64,000 nucleotides of DNA from an uncultured Gemmatimonadales bacterium (GCA_963701965.1 OY969695.1:3200001-3264000); one strand, 5' to 3'. Numbered from the stretch's first letter, positions 49,247 to 59,822 are shown. Made by a program: numbers and translations. Notes: generated by a model from the sequence alone, not told the origin.

Positions 49247-50174
49247 AGCGCACCTCGTACAGGCTGCCGTCGACCACGCTCTTTCTCAGCATGTAGAGCA
49301 CGGGGAGCCATCGCGCGTCACCGCCGGTGTTTTCGTCTTCGACACGAAACAGCGCGTTCTCGGGGCTTCGGGCGTGATTATCCGGAGTCAGGACCATCTT
49401 GTTCCCCTCGAGCGTGTAGGCGCCGTCGCCCGCGAACGCCTGCGTCGTTTGGACGACTTCGCCGCTGGAGATCCGGTTGTAGTTCGCCACTGCCGAGGCG
49501 CCGCCGTAGCGGCCGTTGGCCGCGAACGCGAATTGGTCGGCGGCCGTGGCGCTCGCGGTCGTCCATGTGCCGACCAGTGCCTTGGCCAACACCGGTGAGG
49601 GAGTCGGCGTCCAGGTCTTGAATCCCAAGCTGTAGAAAAACTCCGGCCACACGTTGCCGGCGAGCTCGCCGAAGCACGTACTCACCAGCGGATCCTTCGA
49701 CATCCCGGAGATGACCGCGATGTGATTGCCGAGCTTCGCGGCGAAGACAAACCCGAGCAGTGTCTGATAGGTCACCCCGGGGCCGGGCGCTTTCCGGATC
49801 CCCTTTTTCACGATGACGTAGTCCCAGCCCTGGCCCGATATGCCGCGCACGACAATCGGCGGCATTGCCGTGCCGCGCGTTGTCTGATCGCTGCGCTGGT
49901 ACGTCTTGAAGATCTCCTGAAACGCGTTGTCGGCGTCGTTCAGGAGATTCGGCCCGGCCGGACGCGTCGGCCACAGGCTGATGAGGCATCGTTCGCCGGT
50001 GTTCGCCACCGGGGCCGCGAGGACGATGCCATCCGGATACCGCGTCCCGGTCCAGCCCCGGGGAGTGGCGAACACATACTCGTCGAGCGCTCCCTGCGCG
50101 CTCAGCGGGGCGGGGCCGAGCAAAGCGGTGCCCAATGCGAGGGCCAGGCAGTGTGGCAGGTGCTTGGGGATCAT
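49233..50174 (-). CDS. Secreted hypothetical protein
   Basis: Signal peptide MIPKHLPHCLALALG...SAQ; no family recognised. Confidence 0.7.
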   Translation of the reverse strand: MIPKHLPHCLALALGTALLGPAPLSAQGALDEYVFATPRGWTGTRYPDGIVLAAPVANTGERCLISLWPTRPAGPNLLNDADNAFQEIFKTYQRSDQTTRGTAMPPIVVRGISGQGWDYVIVKKGIRKAPGPGVTYQTLLGFVFAAKLGNHIAVISGMSKDPLVSTCFGELAGNVWPEFFYSLGFKTWTPTPSPVLAKALVGTWTTASATAADQFAFAANGRYGGASAVANYNRISSGEVVQTTQAFAGDGAYTLEGNKMVLTPDNHARSPENALFRVEDENTGGDARWLPVLYMLRKSVVDGSLYEVRYKKQ

Positions 50175-50297
50175 ACCCACGCTCCAGGTCAGCCGGTGGT
50201 GAACCGGCAATGTGGTAAACCCGGTGTCGCGGCGCAACTCTGTTCCTGACGCGTCCGTAACGCGCCGCCGACACGCGTTTGCGCTTCGGGTCGTCAC

Positions 50298-51567
50298 CTA
50301 TCGGTAGATCGTTCCGCCCTTCATTACAAAGGTCACGCGCTCGGTCGCCGTGATGTCGGCCAGCGGGTCGCCGGGCACGGCGACGACATCGGCGTAGTGT
50401 CCTGGCGCCAGCGTACCGACGCGGTCTTGCCAGCCGAGGAGTTTCGCGGCGTTGATCGTGCCCGCCATGAGGGCCTGGCGCGGGGACATCCCCGCTTCGA
50501 CCATGAGTCGGAACTCGCGCGCGTTGGTCCCGTGCGGGGCGACGGACGCATCGGTGCCGAGCGCGATCGGCACGCCGTACTCGAGGGCTAGCGAGATGCG
50601 GCGCGGCCCCGCCGCGTACGCCGTGCGGGCCTTCTGGGCTTGGGCGCCGACGAGCACACCCTGGTCGGCGAATCGCTTGACGGCCTCCAGCGCCAGCAGC
50701 GTCGGCACGAGGTACGTGCCGTGCTCCGCCATCAGGCGCGCGCCTTCGTCGTCCAGAAACGTCCCGTGCTCGATGCTGGCGACGCCAGCCCGGACTGCGA
50801 GCTTGATGCCCTCGGCGCCGTGGGCGTGGGCTGCGACCTTGCGCCCGAGGAGCGTCGCGGTCTCGACCGCGGCGCGCATCTCCTCATACGACATTTGGAG
50901 AATGCCCACCGAGTCGCCGGCCGAGAGCACGCCGCCGGTCGGGCAGACTTTGATCGCGTCGGCGCCGTACTTGATGCGATAGCGCACCGCGCGACGGATT
51001 TCGTCCGGGCCATCGGCGGCATTCGACCGCCAATCCGTCTCGTCGACGCCGGGCCGGAATCCACTATCGTCGCACGACCCGCCCGTGATGCCGAACTGCT
51101 TCCCCGTGTTTTGCATCCGCGGGCCGGGCACCACGCCCTCATCAATGGCCTCGCGCAGCGCCATGTCCTTGAAGCCCGGGGATCCCGCGTTGCGGACGGA
51201 CGTGAACCCGGCCATGAGCGTCGCCCGGGCATTGGCGACGCCGAGGATCGCGCCGTACGCGGCGTAGTCGCGCACCGGGGCATCATCGTCGCCGGGGTCG
51301 CCCAGCATACGGCCGATGAGAATGCACGTGCATGTCGATGAACCCGGGGAGGAGCGTCACATCCCCCAGGTCAATGACGCGCGCGCCGGTCGGGATCTTT
51401 ACGCGCGAGGCCGGGCCGGCGGCGACGATGCGGTCACCGGTGACCACCACGACGGCCGGTCCCACCATTGGTGCACCCGTTCCGTCGAACATGCGGGCCG
51501 CCCGGAGGACGGTCGTCGGCGGGGTCGTCCAGAGGGATAGGGCGAGGGCTACCGCCCGAGCGATCAA
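50298..51567 (-). CDS. Amidohydrolase (Xaa-Pro dipeptidase-like), frameshifted at ~51322
   Basis: LLPGFIDMHVH in ORF 51283..52104; AIKVC, AAHAHG, SIEHG, LGTD in ORF 50298..51308; one extra T joins them. Confidence 0.88.
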
Positions 51568-51571
51568 AAGG

Positions 51572-52153
51572 TCAATGGCCGTGCGCGACGGGCACGATGT
51601 GGGGGTGCAGGACGCCGAGCGGCGGCCGGAGCGCGAGGCTCGACAGCAGCCAGGAGGCGCCGCCAGTGATCGCGGCCAGGCCGGCGAACTGTCCACCACT
51701 CCGCAGCGAGCTCCAGAAGCCCGGGCCCGACAGATCCGGCGCGAAGAGCGACGTCCGTGCGAGCTGGGTGACGCCGGCCGCCGTGACCGCGCTGATCCAG
51801 TCCATTCCCATGGCGCGGGTCCCGTCGGGTCGCCGCTCGAGGCCGCGCGCCAGCTGGGAGAGGAGGAGGAATCGGCTCGTGGACCGCGCCGTCTCTTCGC
51901 GGGCGGCCGCCGCGCTCTGCATCCGGCCGCCGATCTCGCCAATGCTGTCGATCTCGCGGGCCAACATCTCCGATCGATTCGGCTCCGCCGGCGCTGCCGG
52001 CGCGGCCACGCCGATCGCGCGTGGAAACAGGGGCACATGTCCGGCGCCGGACGTGTGCAAGGCATCGAAACTGCTTTGCTGCGCGGCCAGCCCCGGGGCC
52101 GCAATGAGCGCGATCAGGGTGGCACGGACTGTTCGATGCAGGCGCACACGCAT
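51572..52153 (-). CDS. Hypothetical exported/membrane protein
   Basis: Signal-like N-terminus, fills the gap between desaturase and amidohydrolase on the same strand. Confidence 0.5.
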   Translation of the reverse strand: MRVRLHRTVRATLIALIAAPGLAAQQSSFDALHTSGAGHVPLFPRAIGVAAPAAPAEPNRSEMLAREIDSIGEIGGRMQSAAAAREETARSTSRFLLLSQLARGLERRPDGTRAMGMDWISAVTAAGVTQLARTSLFAPDLSGPGFWSSLRSGGQFAGLAAITGGASWLLSSLALRPPLGVLHPHIVPVAHGH

Positions 52154-52252
52154 GAGGACCGCTCCGACTCCGAGTCTCCTCCCAATACTACTGGTGCGTC
52201 GCGCCAATGGGTATCACGCCGCCCGTCGTGCTCGCCAGGGAGGGATCGGCCG

Positions 52253-53341
52253 TCAGGCGGCGCCGAGCCGCCGCAACATCCGATAGTGCGACGCGACCGC
52301 GGACCGGAAGGTCGGCTGATCGTGATACGGGAGCCGGTAAGCCTGGGCGACCTCGCGCACGATCCCGCTGATCGCCGGGTAGTGCACGCTGCACACCTTG
52401 GGAAAGAGGTGGTGCTCGATCTGAAAGTTGAGACCGCCGACGTACCAGGAGAGCAGGCGATTGCGGCGGGCGAAATTGGCCGTGGTGTGCATCTCGTGCA
52501 ACCACCAATCCGTCGCCATGCGACCCGCCTCGTCCGGCAGCGGATGCTCCGTCCCCTCGACAATGTGCGCCAGCTGGAACACCATGCCGAGGATGAGGCC
52601 GGCGGTCAGATGCATGGCCAGAAACCCGATCGCGATCTGCCACCACGCCACGTGGAGCACGAGCAGGGGGACGATGAGCGCGTAGCCATAGTAGGCCAGC
52701 TTCGCGGACAACAAGAGCGCGATCTGCGACTTGTCGTGGCGCTTGTCGCGATAGGGACCAAGATCGCGCCGGAGCAGCTGTTGATAGTCCTTGACGAACA
52801 CCCAGAAGAGCGTCGTGCACGCATAGAGCGGAAACGCATACAGGTGCTGCAACCGGTGAAACCACAGTCGATCGGCGTTCGGTGACAGGCGGAGCAGCGG
52901 CGACACGGCGAGGTCGTCGTCCACGCCATGAATGTTCGTGTACGTGTGGTGGACGATGTTGTGCGTGATCTTCCACATATAGCTGCTGGCGCCGAGCGCA
53001 TCGAAGGACAGCCCCAGCAGATCATTGAGCCAAGGGCGCGCGGCATAGGCGCCGTGGAGCGCGTCGTGGGCGATCCCGAATCCAATCCCCGCGATCCCGA
53101 TGCCCATCGCGACCGCCAACGCCAGCATGGTCCAGGGGCCGAAACGATTGGAGAGGATGAGGCCATAGGGGACAATCGCCATGGCCAGCAGCACGGCGCC
53201 TTTGACCACCATGGCCGCGTTGGCTTTGCTCGACAGCTCGCGGCTCGCGAAGTATTCAGCGACCCGCGTCTTCATTTCCTGCATCGCATCCCGAGCCCTG
53301 GGGACCGCTGCATCCTGCGCAAATCGAACGGCACTCTTCAC
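52253..53341 (-). CDS. Membrane fatty-acid (acyl-CoA) desaturase
   Basis: His boxes HDALH, HNIVHH, QIEHHLFP. Confidence 0.93.
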   Translation of the reverse strand: MKSAVRFAQDAAVPRARDAMQEMKTRVAEYFASRELSSKANAAMVVKGAVLLAMAIVPYGLILSNRFGPWTMLALAVAMGIGIAGIGFGIAHDALHGAYAARPWLNDLLGLSFDALGASSYMWKITHNIVHHTYTNIHGVDDDLAVSPLLRLSPNADRLWFHRLQHLYAFPLYACTTLFWVFVKDYQQLLRRDLGPYRDKRHDKSQIALLLSAKLAYYGYALIVPLLVLHVAWWQIAIGFLAMHLTAGLILGMVFQLAHIVEGTEHPLPDEAGRMATDWWLHEMHTTANFARRNRLLSWYVGGLNFQIEHHLFPKVCSVHYPAISGIVREVAQAYRLPYHDQPTFRSAVASHYRMLRRLGAA

Positions 53342-53468
53342 TGATCTACCCCGCGGGCGAACTCATCAATTGTGGGCCCGCAGGATACGATGATGCGAAT
53401 GATAGCGTCAAGGCCGAGGCCCAACGTGTCCGGCTCGACTCTCGCCTCATCAGCCTGCTTAACGTATC

Positions 53469-54887
53469 ATGAACGTCATGTGGACCGCGCGCTTGGCGGG
53501 GGCGATGGTCATGGTCATGACCACTCACGGGGTCGCGGCGCAACCAGCGACGATTGTCGGCGTCGTCGTCGACAGCTTGCGGGGCGGACCCCTCGGCGGT
53601 GCGGTCGTCCAGGTCATCGATGGGCCGCCACTCCAGACGAGCGCGGACGCGGCCGGGCGGTTTCGCATCGACAGCGTCCCACCCGGCGCCCACCGCATCG
53701 CGGTCTTCCATCCGTTCCTCGACACCCTCGGCGCCACCGTGGTCTCATCACCGATCACGTTCGCGCCCGGCGCGATGGTCACCGCCGTATTCGCCACGCC
53801 CTCCCCGGCGGCCCTCCTGCACGTGATGTGTCCCCGGGACACGGTGGGGGGCGGTACTCTGCCGGCGGGTGTCATCGGCGAAGTGGTGCGGGCGACCGAC
53901 GCCCGTCCGGTCAATGGCGCCACGGTCACGCTGGCGTGGACGGTGGTCGAGGCGAGCACCGCGACGGGTGTCGCGCGAAGTACGCGGGTGCGCGATGCGC
54001 GAACGGGCACCGATGGCCGATTCCACGTCTGCGCTCCGCCGGGGGTCTCCGACGCATCCCTTGGCGCATCGGTCAATGGCGCGCGCACGGGCTGGGTGTC
54101 GCTGGCGCTCGCGCCGGGCAGTGTCGCCGTGTCCGCGCTCCGCCTCGGCGACGACAGCGCGCGCGCCGTCGCTATCGGCCGCGTGGTGGGACCGCGCGGC
54201 GAGCCGATTGCCGGCGCGATCGTGACGCTGCCCCACACCGCGGCGCGCGCCGAGACGCGCGACAGCGGCGCGTTCACGCTGGCCGAGCTCCCGGCGGGGA
54301 CGCAAGCGCTGCGGGTCGTGAGCCCCGGCTATGCCCCCAGGACCCTTTCCGTCAACTTGGGCCCCGGCGTCCCGTGGCGCGGCGTCATCACGCTCGAGGC
54401 GGCGGCGCCAACCCTATCGACTGTGCGCGTAACCGCCGACCGCGTGGCGGCGGGATACGCCGCCGTGGGCTTTTCCGAGCGCCGGGAGCGCGGCGCCGGC
54501 ACGTTCTTGTCGCTGAACGACATCGCCCGCAAGCGCGCGCAAACGACCGCCGACCTGTTCGATCAAGTACCAGGCGTGTACCTCGACCGGACGTTCAACC
54601 CGCCGATTCTCGTCGGCTCACGCGGACGGACGAGTCTCAAGGGCGCCAGCGGGGCCTGCGTCAATCTCTGGGTCGACCGGCACCGCGTCGTCGCGCCGGC
54701 GGTCCGGGACACGCTCTCCGGCATGCAGCAGGCGTTCACGCCCATGCGCATCGATGAACACGTCTCCCTCGGCGAAATCGCGGCCATCGAGGTCTACTCG
54801 GCGGCCGCCGTTCCGACCCAGTTCGAGGTACCGGGCGAGAGCTGTCCGGTCGTCGTCGTGTGGACCAGGAGCGCGATCGGGCTCTGA
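53469..54887 (+). CDS. Secreted protein with three carboxypeptidase-regulatory-like domains and a C-terminal TonB plug-like domain
   Basis: Repeated GxVV...GAxV...GRF; GFSERR..GAG.F, IAAIEVY...VP, VVVVWTR; no beta-barrel. Confidence 0.8.
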   Translation: MNVMWTARLAGAMVMVMTTHGVAAQPATIVGVVVDSLRGGPLGGAVVQVIDGPPLQTSADAAGRFRIDSVPPGAHRIAVFHPFLDTLGATVVSSPITFAPGAMVTAVFATPSPAALLHVMCPRDTVGGGTLPAGVIGEVVRATDARPVNGATVTLAWTVVEASTATGVARSTRVRDARTGTDGRFHVCAPPGVSDASLGASVNGARTGWVSLALAPGSVAVSALRLGDDSARAVAIGRVVGPRGEPIAGAIVTLPHTAARAETRDSGAFTLAELPAGTQALRVVSPGYAPRTLSVNLGPGVPWRGVITLEAAAPTLSTVRVTADRVAAGYAAVGFSERRERGAGTFLSLNDIARKRAQTTADLFDQVPGVYLDRTFNPPILVGSRGRTSLKGASGACVNLWVDRHRVVAPAVRDTLSGMQQAFTPMRIDEHVSLGEIAAIEVYSAAAVPTQFEVPGESCPVVVVWTRSAIGL

Positions 54888-54955
54888 CCGGCGCGTGGCC
54901 CGGCCTATTGGCGGCAGGGCGCGTTCGGGTCCGGTTTCGGCTGATCGACGAGCGG

Positions 54956-56566
54956 TCAATGATCGAGGTCGGCGACGTGGAGGGCCACCGCGTAGACGAG
55001 AGTGGCCGCGCGCGCCATATGGGCGAAGTCGAGATAGGCCGGCTCGTCGGTCACTTGATGATAGTCGACGCCGTAGCCGGTCGAGAAATACGCGACCGGA
55101 ATCCCGTAGCGCGCATACGAGGCATGATCGCTGCGGCAGTATTTCTGCGACGGATGTCCGGGCGCGTCCCAGGAATAGTCGATCGCCATCGGCTCGGCGA
55201 GCGTCGCGTTGACCGAGTCGATCAGCGCGCCGAGCTCCTTGGACAGTCGCCGGGCGCCGCCCGACTGGATGTAGCGCGGGCCCGAGCGCGCCGAGTCGGC
55301 GTTGTAGTCGTGGCCGAAGAGATCCATGTTGAGATAAGCGACGATCGAGTCGCGCGGGACCGTGGGATGCTCCGCGTACCAGCGGGAGCCGAGCAGTCCC
55401 TGTTCCTCGCCCGTGTGGGACACGAAGAGTATCGACCGCGCCGGCCGCTCGGACCGCGTCGCCAGCGCATGGGCGATCGCCAGCAGCAATGCCGTCCCCG
55501 CCCCGTCGTCGTCCGCGCCATTGAAGATCGAGTCGCGCCGTGCCGGGCGTATCCGTCGCAAGCTGTCCACGTTGACGTGAATCGTCGGCGACGTCGCGCC
55601 CGGGTTGCCGGCGGCGGGACCGTCGAGGTGGCTGCGGGCCAGCAGGATATTGTAGGCGCGGAGGGAATCGTGATCGATGCCGAACGCGGCTACGCCCAGA
55701 TGGTCGTTGTGGGCGCCCATCGCCACGTATTCGCCGCGGCGCGCGGGGTCACGTCCCGGAAGGACAGCGACGACGTTACGCGCCTGAATCGTGTCCGGCG
55801 CGAAATACCGCAGGCGTCCGCCGAGCGTGCCGCGGGCCACCGCGCCGACCGTCAGGGCATCGACCGACGCGCCAAACAACGCCCGCACCGTCGTATCGCC
55901 GACCTGGAAAATGACGGGCGCGATCGGCATGGTATTCGGCCGGACCGGTCGGGGCACCGCGAAGCGTTTGAGACGCGTGTACACGGTCACCGGCGGCAGG
56001 TGGGGCAGGACGAACACGATCCCGGAAACTTGCTGGCGGAAGACCGGCAGATACCTCGGCGACCGGAGATCCGGCCGCCCGTCCGGCAGGCGCCCGAGCG
56101 CGAAGACCACGATCTTGCCCTGGCCCGAGTCCGGGCTGACCATCGCTGTAGAGTCCGGGCCCAGTCGGCCGCCGTAGACAATGGGTATCCCGGCGGGGTC
56201 GAACGAAAGGGCAATGTTGAGCGCGTTCTGCGGGACGACGCCAGTCCATAACGGGAGTGGCGCGCCATTGACCGTGAGCGTCTCCGTCGTATCGAGGCGG
56301 CTCGAGATCATCGGCACGTACTGGAGATAGCCGCCGCTGTCGCCGGCTGGTTGGAGACCCAGCCGCCGGAACTCCGATGCGATGTAGTCGGTCACTTCGA
56401 CATTGCCGCGCGATCCCGGCAGCCGCCCCGCCATCGAGTCATCGGCGATGATCGCGTCGCGATGCTGGAGCTCGGCGGCGGTGATCGGGGAAGACGGCGT
56501 GGCGCGAGTCGCGGTGTGCGTGCAGCTCGCGGTCAGGACAAGGGCGGCGGGCAGGAAGCGGCGCAT
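54956..56566 (-). CDS. M28-family metallopeptidase with PA insert (lipoprotein)
   Basis: GAHNDHLG, GADDDGAG, GEEQGLLGS, NMD, RSDH, DYH. Confidence 0.92.
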   Translation of the reverse strand: MRRFLPAALVLTASCTHTATRATPSSPITAAELQHRDAIIADDSMAGRLPGSRGNVEVTDYIASEFRRLGLQPAGDSGGYLQYVPMISSRLDTTETLTVNGAPLPLWTGVVPQNALNIALSFDPAGIPIVYGGRLGPDSTAMVSPDSGQGKIVVFALGRLPDGRPDLRSPRYLPVFRQQVSGIVFVLPHLPPVTVYTRLKRFAVPRPVRPNTMPIAPVIFQVGDTTVRALFGASVDALTVGAVARGTLGGRLRYFAPDTIQARNVVAVLPGRDPARRGEYVAMGAHNDHLGVAAFGIDHDSLRAYNILLARSHLDGPAAGNPGATSPTIHVNVDSLRRIRPARRDSIFNGADDDGAGTALLLAIAHALATRSERPARSILFVSHTGEEQGLLGSRWYAEHPTVPRDSIVAYLNMDLFGHDYNADSARSGPRYIQSGGARRLSKELGALIDSVNATLAEPMAIDYSWDAPGHPSQKYCRSDHASYARYGIPVAYFSTGYGVDYHQVTDEPAYLDFAHMARAATLVYAVALHVADLDH

Positions 56567-56611
56567 ACGCGTGAAACTATCCACGCTCCTGGGCGGCGTC
56601 GAGCCAACCCG

Positions 56612-57142
56612 TCATTCCACGCCGGCTGGCGGGTGCACGTTGGTGTACTCATAGCGCGCGGACGTGTGGCTCTTCCCGCCGGCGGCTCCCGCGTCGACAT
56701 CCACTTCGGTGCGGAGGACGAGGCCCGTGCCCGGCGCCACCCAGACCTGGCCGTCGGACTTCGCCCCATCGATCTCGGTGTGCGTGCCATAGACCACGGC
56801 CGCCACACCGGCCACCGATTCCTCGCGGATGCGGTGGCAGGCATAGGCGGTCGCGTTGCGCACATCGTCCTGTTGTTGCTTGGCCATGAACGCCGGTGTG
56901 AGCAAGCTCCGCGTCCAATGTCCGGCCGTCAGCACGTAACTCTGGCCGCCCGTACTGATGACCTCCGTCGCTCGCGGTTTGCCACCGGTGTACGTCGACG
57001 TGGTGGTTCCATACACGTGGTGCGGCGTGTCCGCCTCCTTGGCGACGGCATCCAACACCGGCTTGCACGACGCGACGTCTTTTTGCGCCCGCGCCACCTG
57101 CGGCGCGAGGGCGACGATGGCCAGCAGGGACCAGCGCGACAT
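56612..57142 (-). CDS. Secreted hypothetical protein
   Basis: Signal peptide MSRWSLLAIVALAPQVARA; beta-rich sequence. Confidence 0.7.
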   Translation of the reverse strand: MSRWSLLAIVALAPQVARAQKDVASCKPVLDAVAKEADTPHHVYGTTTSTYTGGKPRATEVISTGGQSYVLTAGHWTRSLLTPAFMAKQQQDDVRNATAYACHRIREESVAGVAAVVYGTHTEIDGAKSDGQVWVAPGTGLVLRTEVDVDAGAAGGKSHTSARYEYTNVHPPAGVE

Positions 57143-57156
57143 CGCGAGCTCCGGCG

Positions 57157-58209
57157 TTAGTGACTCACCGCGAAGAACCAGGCGCCGATGACCGGCCCCC
57201 GCGGCGGGCGGGTTCCGGGCGCCGGTGGCGGCGCCGCCGGATCAGGGGCTGGCGCCGGGCCGTACTCCGGCTGGAAAAGATACGCCACGTGCTTGACGGG
57301 GTCGACCGCAATGGTCTTCGCTCCGGGCATCGTCGGGATGGTCGCCACGACGGTGTACTTGTCCGGGCCATCCTCATGCACGACGGTGACATTGCCATCG
57401 CGTCCCGCCGGAATGTAGATCAGCTTCTCCCCGGCATCCCAACCCAGCGCGTCGACGCCGTCGCCGTTGGCGATCGTCGCCACGATCTTGCCCGTCGCCG
57501 GGTCGGTGACGACCGACGTGTTGCCGCAGCCCGAGAAGATGCGCTTCGTGGCGCGATCGAACGCGATGCCCGTCGGCCCTTCGCAGGGCGTGAGCGGCCA
57601 CGACGCCAGGATTTTCATCGTCTTGACATCGAGCACCTGCATGGTGCCCTTGCGCTCGTTGTTGATGAAGATCTTGCCCTTGCCGTCACTGGCCGCGCCC
57701 TCGGGCGCATTGTCCTCGAGCTCGGCGACGCCCGCAATGTCCCCGGTCTTGGCATCGAGCGCGACGGCGGTGCCGATCGGACGGCTATGGTTGGTGAGGA
57801 TGATGCGATCGGAGTAGTCGTCGTACATGATGCCGTCGAGACCCCCTTGGCGTACCGGGATCTTCTTGATCACGGCCAATGTCTTGAGGTCGAACATCGT
57901 GACCGTGGAGTCGCCGCCATTCGTGATGAAGCCGTGCTGTGACTTGGGAGCGAGCGCGATCCCATGGGTGTGCGGTGTATCGGGAATGTCACCGATCACT
58001 TTCCCGGTCGGGCCATCGATCACCATGACGTGGGTGGCGCGCGACACGAACACCCGCCCGGTGCCGGGTTCCGCCGTCAGGTAGTCCGTGCCACCGTCGC
58101 CACCGATGCTGAATTTGGCCGCCTTGAACGTCTGGGCGGACGCGATCGTTGGGAAAACAAGCGCCGCGGTCAGCAGAATGGCCGGCGCAAAACGTGAATG
58201 AATGGGCAC
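57157..58209 (-). CDS. YncE/YVTN-type beta-propeller protein
   Basis: GGTDYL, HGIAL, PEGAASDGKG, CEGPTGIA repeats; signal peptide; Pro-rich tail. Confidence 0.85.
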   Translation of the reverse strand: MPIHSRFAPAILLTAALVFPTIASAQTFKAAKFSIGGDGGTDYLTAEPGTGRVFVSRATHVMVIDGPTGKVIGDIPDTPHTHGIALAPKSQHGFITNGGDSTVTMFDLKTLAVIKKIPVRQGGLDGIMYDDYSDRIILTNHSRPIGTAVALDAKTGDIAGVAELEDNAPEGAASDGKGKIFINNERKGTMQVLDVKTMKILASWPLTPCEGPTGIAFDRATKRIFSGCGNTSVVTDPATGKIVATIANGDGVDALGWDAGEKLIYIPAGRDGNVTVVHEDGPDKYTVVATIPTMPGAKTIAVDPVKHVAYLFQPEYGPAPAPDPAAPPPAPGTRPPRGPVIGAWFFAVSH

Positions 58210-58313
58210 GCGATCCTTGGGGTTTGAGACGCCGGGATAATGCGTCGTCGAAGCTGTCGGGACGGTTACGAAGCACCTTTGATCTCTGCTTCCGGGCGAT
58301 CAAGTTCAAGGCT

Positions 58314-59822
58314 ATGATCTCGAGCGCAGGGAAAGTGTTGGTGGTCGAGTCCGACGATGCCCTCCGGGACCAGATCGTCACCGCCCTCGGCCGCGCGGGA
58401 TATGACGTCTCGACCGACTATCGGGACGGCATGAAGTCCGTGCTCGCTTTTGCGCCTGACATCGTGGTCCTGGGCGCCGATCCGCCCGAGCTGGACTGTT
58501 GCGATCTGCTCGCCGAGATCAAGGGTGCCGAGCACACCCGGAACATCCGCGTCGTGATGCTCGCTCCGGGCGGAACGGCCGAGCGCACGCGAGGGTTGGA
58601 CCTCGGCGCCGACGATGTCATGTCCCTGCCGTTCGAGCCCCACGAGCTCTTGTCCCGCGTGCGTTCCCAACTGCGGAACAAGAATGCCGGGGACGTGGTG
58701 ACCGCGGTCAACGAGGAGCGGCGCACGGTGCGCGCCGGCGTGGTGGCGACCGTGGCGGTGTTGATCGTGGCGGGTGTAGTGTCGTTCGTCGCGTACCGTC
58801 GCACCCAGGAGCAGAATACGCGAGTCTACGCCGCGATCACGCGATTGCAGACCGGCGTGCTGCGGCAACAGCAGCTGATGGATCTCTCCCGCCACGTGCT
58901 GCGGGACGCGGCCCGCGCGCCCGCCCCGGCGAACGATTCGCAGCTCGTCGCCGTCGAAGGGCGTCTGCAAAAGCTCGAGACCCAAGGCACGGTCGCGCAA
59001 ACGATCATCCGGTCGTACGAGCCCAGCGTCTGTCTCATCCACGTGGTGCTGGCATTTCGGGATCACAACAGTGGCGCGTTTCTGCACTACGCGGGGATGA
59101 CCAGCGACAGCGCGCCCATCGTGGACGACCACCAGAATCCGCTCGTGAGCCTGACCGGCACCGGTCCGGAAGTGCACTTGGACGCGTTCGGCACCGGCTT
59201 TCTCGCGTCGCCGGGCGGCCTGATTCTCACCAACCATCACGTGGCCGAGCCCTGGTGGCAGAACGGCGAGTTGAAGGAGATGCGCGATCAGGGGCTCGAG
59301 CCGGCCGTCGTCGAGATGACTGCGTACTTCCCCGGCGTGCCCCGTGGCGTCACTATCAGCACCGACAAGATCTCCTCCGCGGCCGACGTGGCCCTCGTCA
59401 AAGGCGACGTGTCGACGCTGGGCATCAAGCAGATCACGTTGGCCGATGCACGCGGCGCGGCCGTCAGCGGGGCCCCCGTGGTGCTCATGGGCTATCCCAC
59501 GGCGATCGACGCCATCCTGGCGCGGGCCGGTCCCGAGACGCTCCGGTCCATTGCGGTGGCGACCAAGGGTGATCCATCGCGGGTGATGGAGGAGCTCGCG
59601 CACCGCAATCTCATCCGGCCGATCACGACGCAGGGGCACATTGGCAATGTGCTGCCCGACAAGATCGTCTACGATGCCCAGACCACATCGGGCGGCTCCG
59701 GCGGCCCGTTGTTCAACATCGACGGCAAGGTCATCGGCATCAACTTCGCAATGGTGCGCGAATTCGGCGGATCGAATTTCGCCATCCCCGTGGGTTTCGG
59801 CCGGTCACTCTTGAAGCCCTGA
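58314..59822 (+). CDS. Pseudo-receiver + transmembrane + trypsin-like serine protease fusion
   Basis: REC fold (VLVVESD, PDIVVLG, GLDLGADD); TM VVATVAVLIVAGVVSFVAY; protease GTGF, TNHH, DVAL, GGSGGP. Confidence 0.85.
   Translation: MISSAGKVLVVESDDALRDQIVTALGRAGYDVSTDYRDGMKSVLAFAPDIVVLGADPPELDCCDLLAEIKGAEHTRNIRVVMLAPGGTAERTRGLDLGADDVMSLPFEPHELLSRVRSQLRNKNAGDVVTAVNEERRTVRAGVVATVAVLIVAGVVSFVAYRRTQEQNTRVYAAITRLQTGVLRQQQLMDLSRHVLRDAARAPAPANDSQLVAVEGRLQKLETQGTVAQTIIRSYEPSVCLIHVVLAFRDHNSGAFLHYAGMTSDSAPIVDDHQNPLVSLTGTGPEVHLDAFGTGFLASPGGLILTNHHVAEPWWQNGELKEMRDQGLEPAVVEMTAYFPGVPRGVTISTDKISSAADVALVKGDVSTLGIKQITLADARGAAVSGAPVVLMGYPTAIDAILARAGPETLRSIAVATKGDPSRVMEELAHRNLIRPITTQGHIGNVLPDKIVYDAQTTSGGSGGPLFNIDGKVIGINFAMVREFGGSNFAIPVGFGRSLLKP

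Noticed and set aside
57180..57270. GC-rich quasi-repeats
   Set aside because: They encode the Pro/Ala-rich tail of the YncE protein and are not a DNA repeat element.
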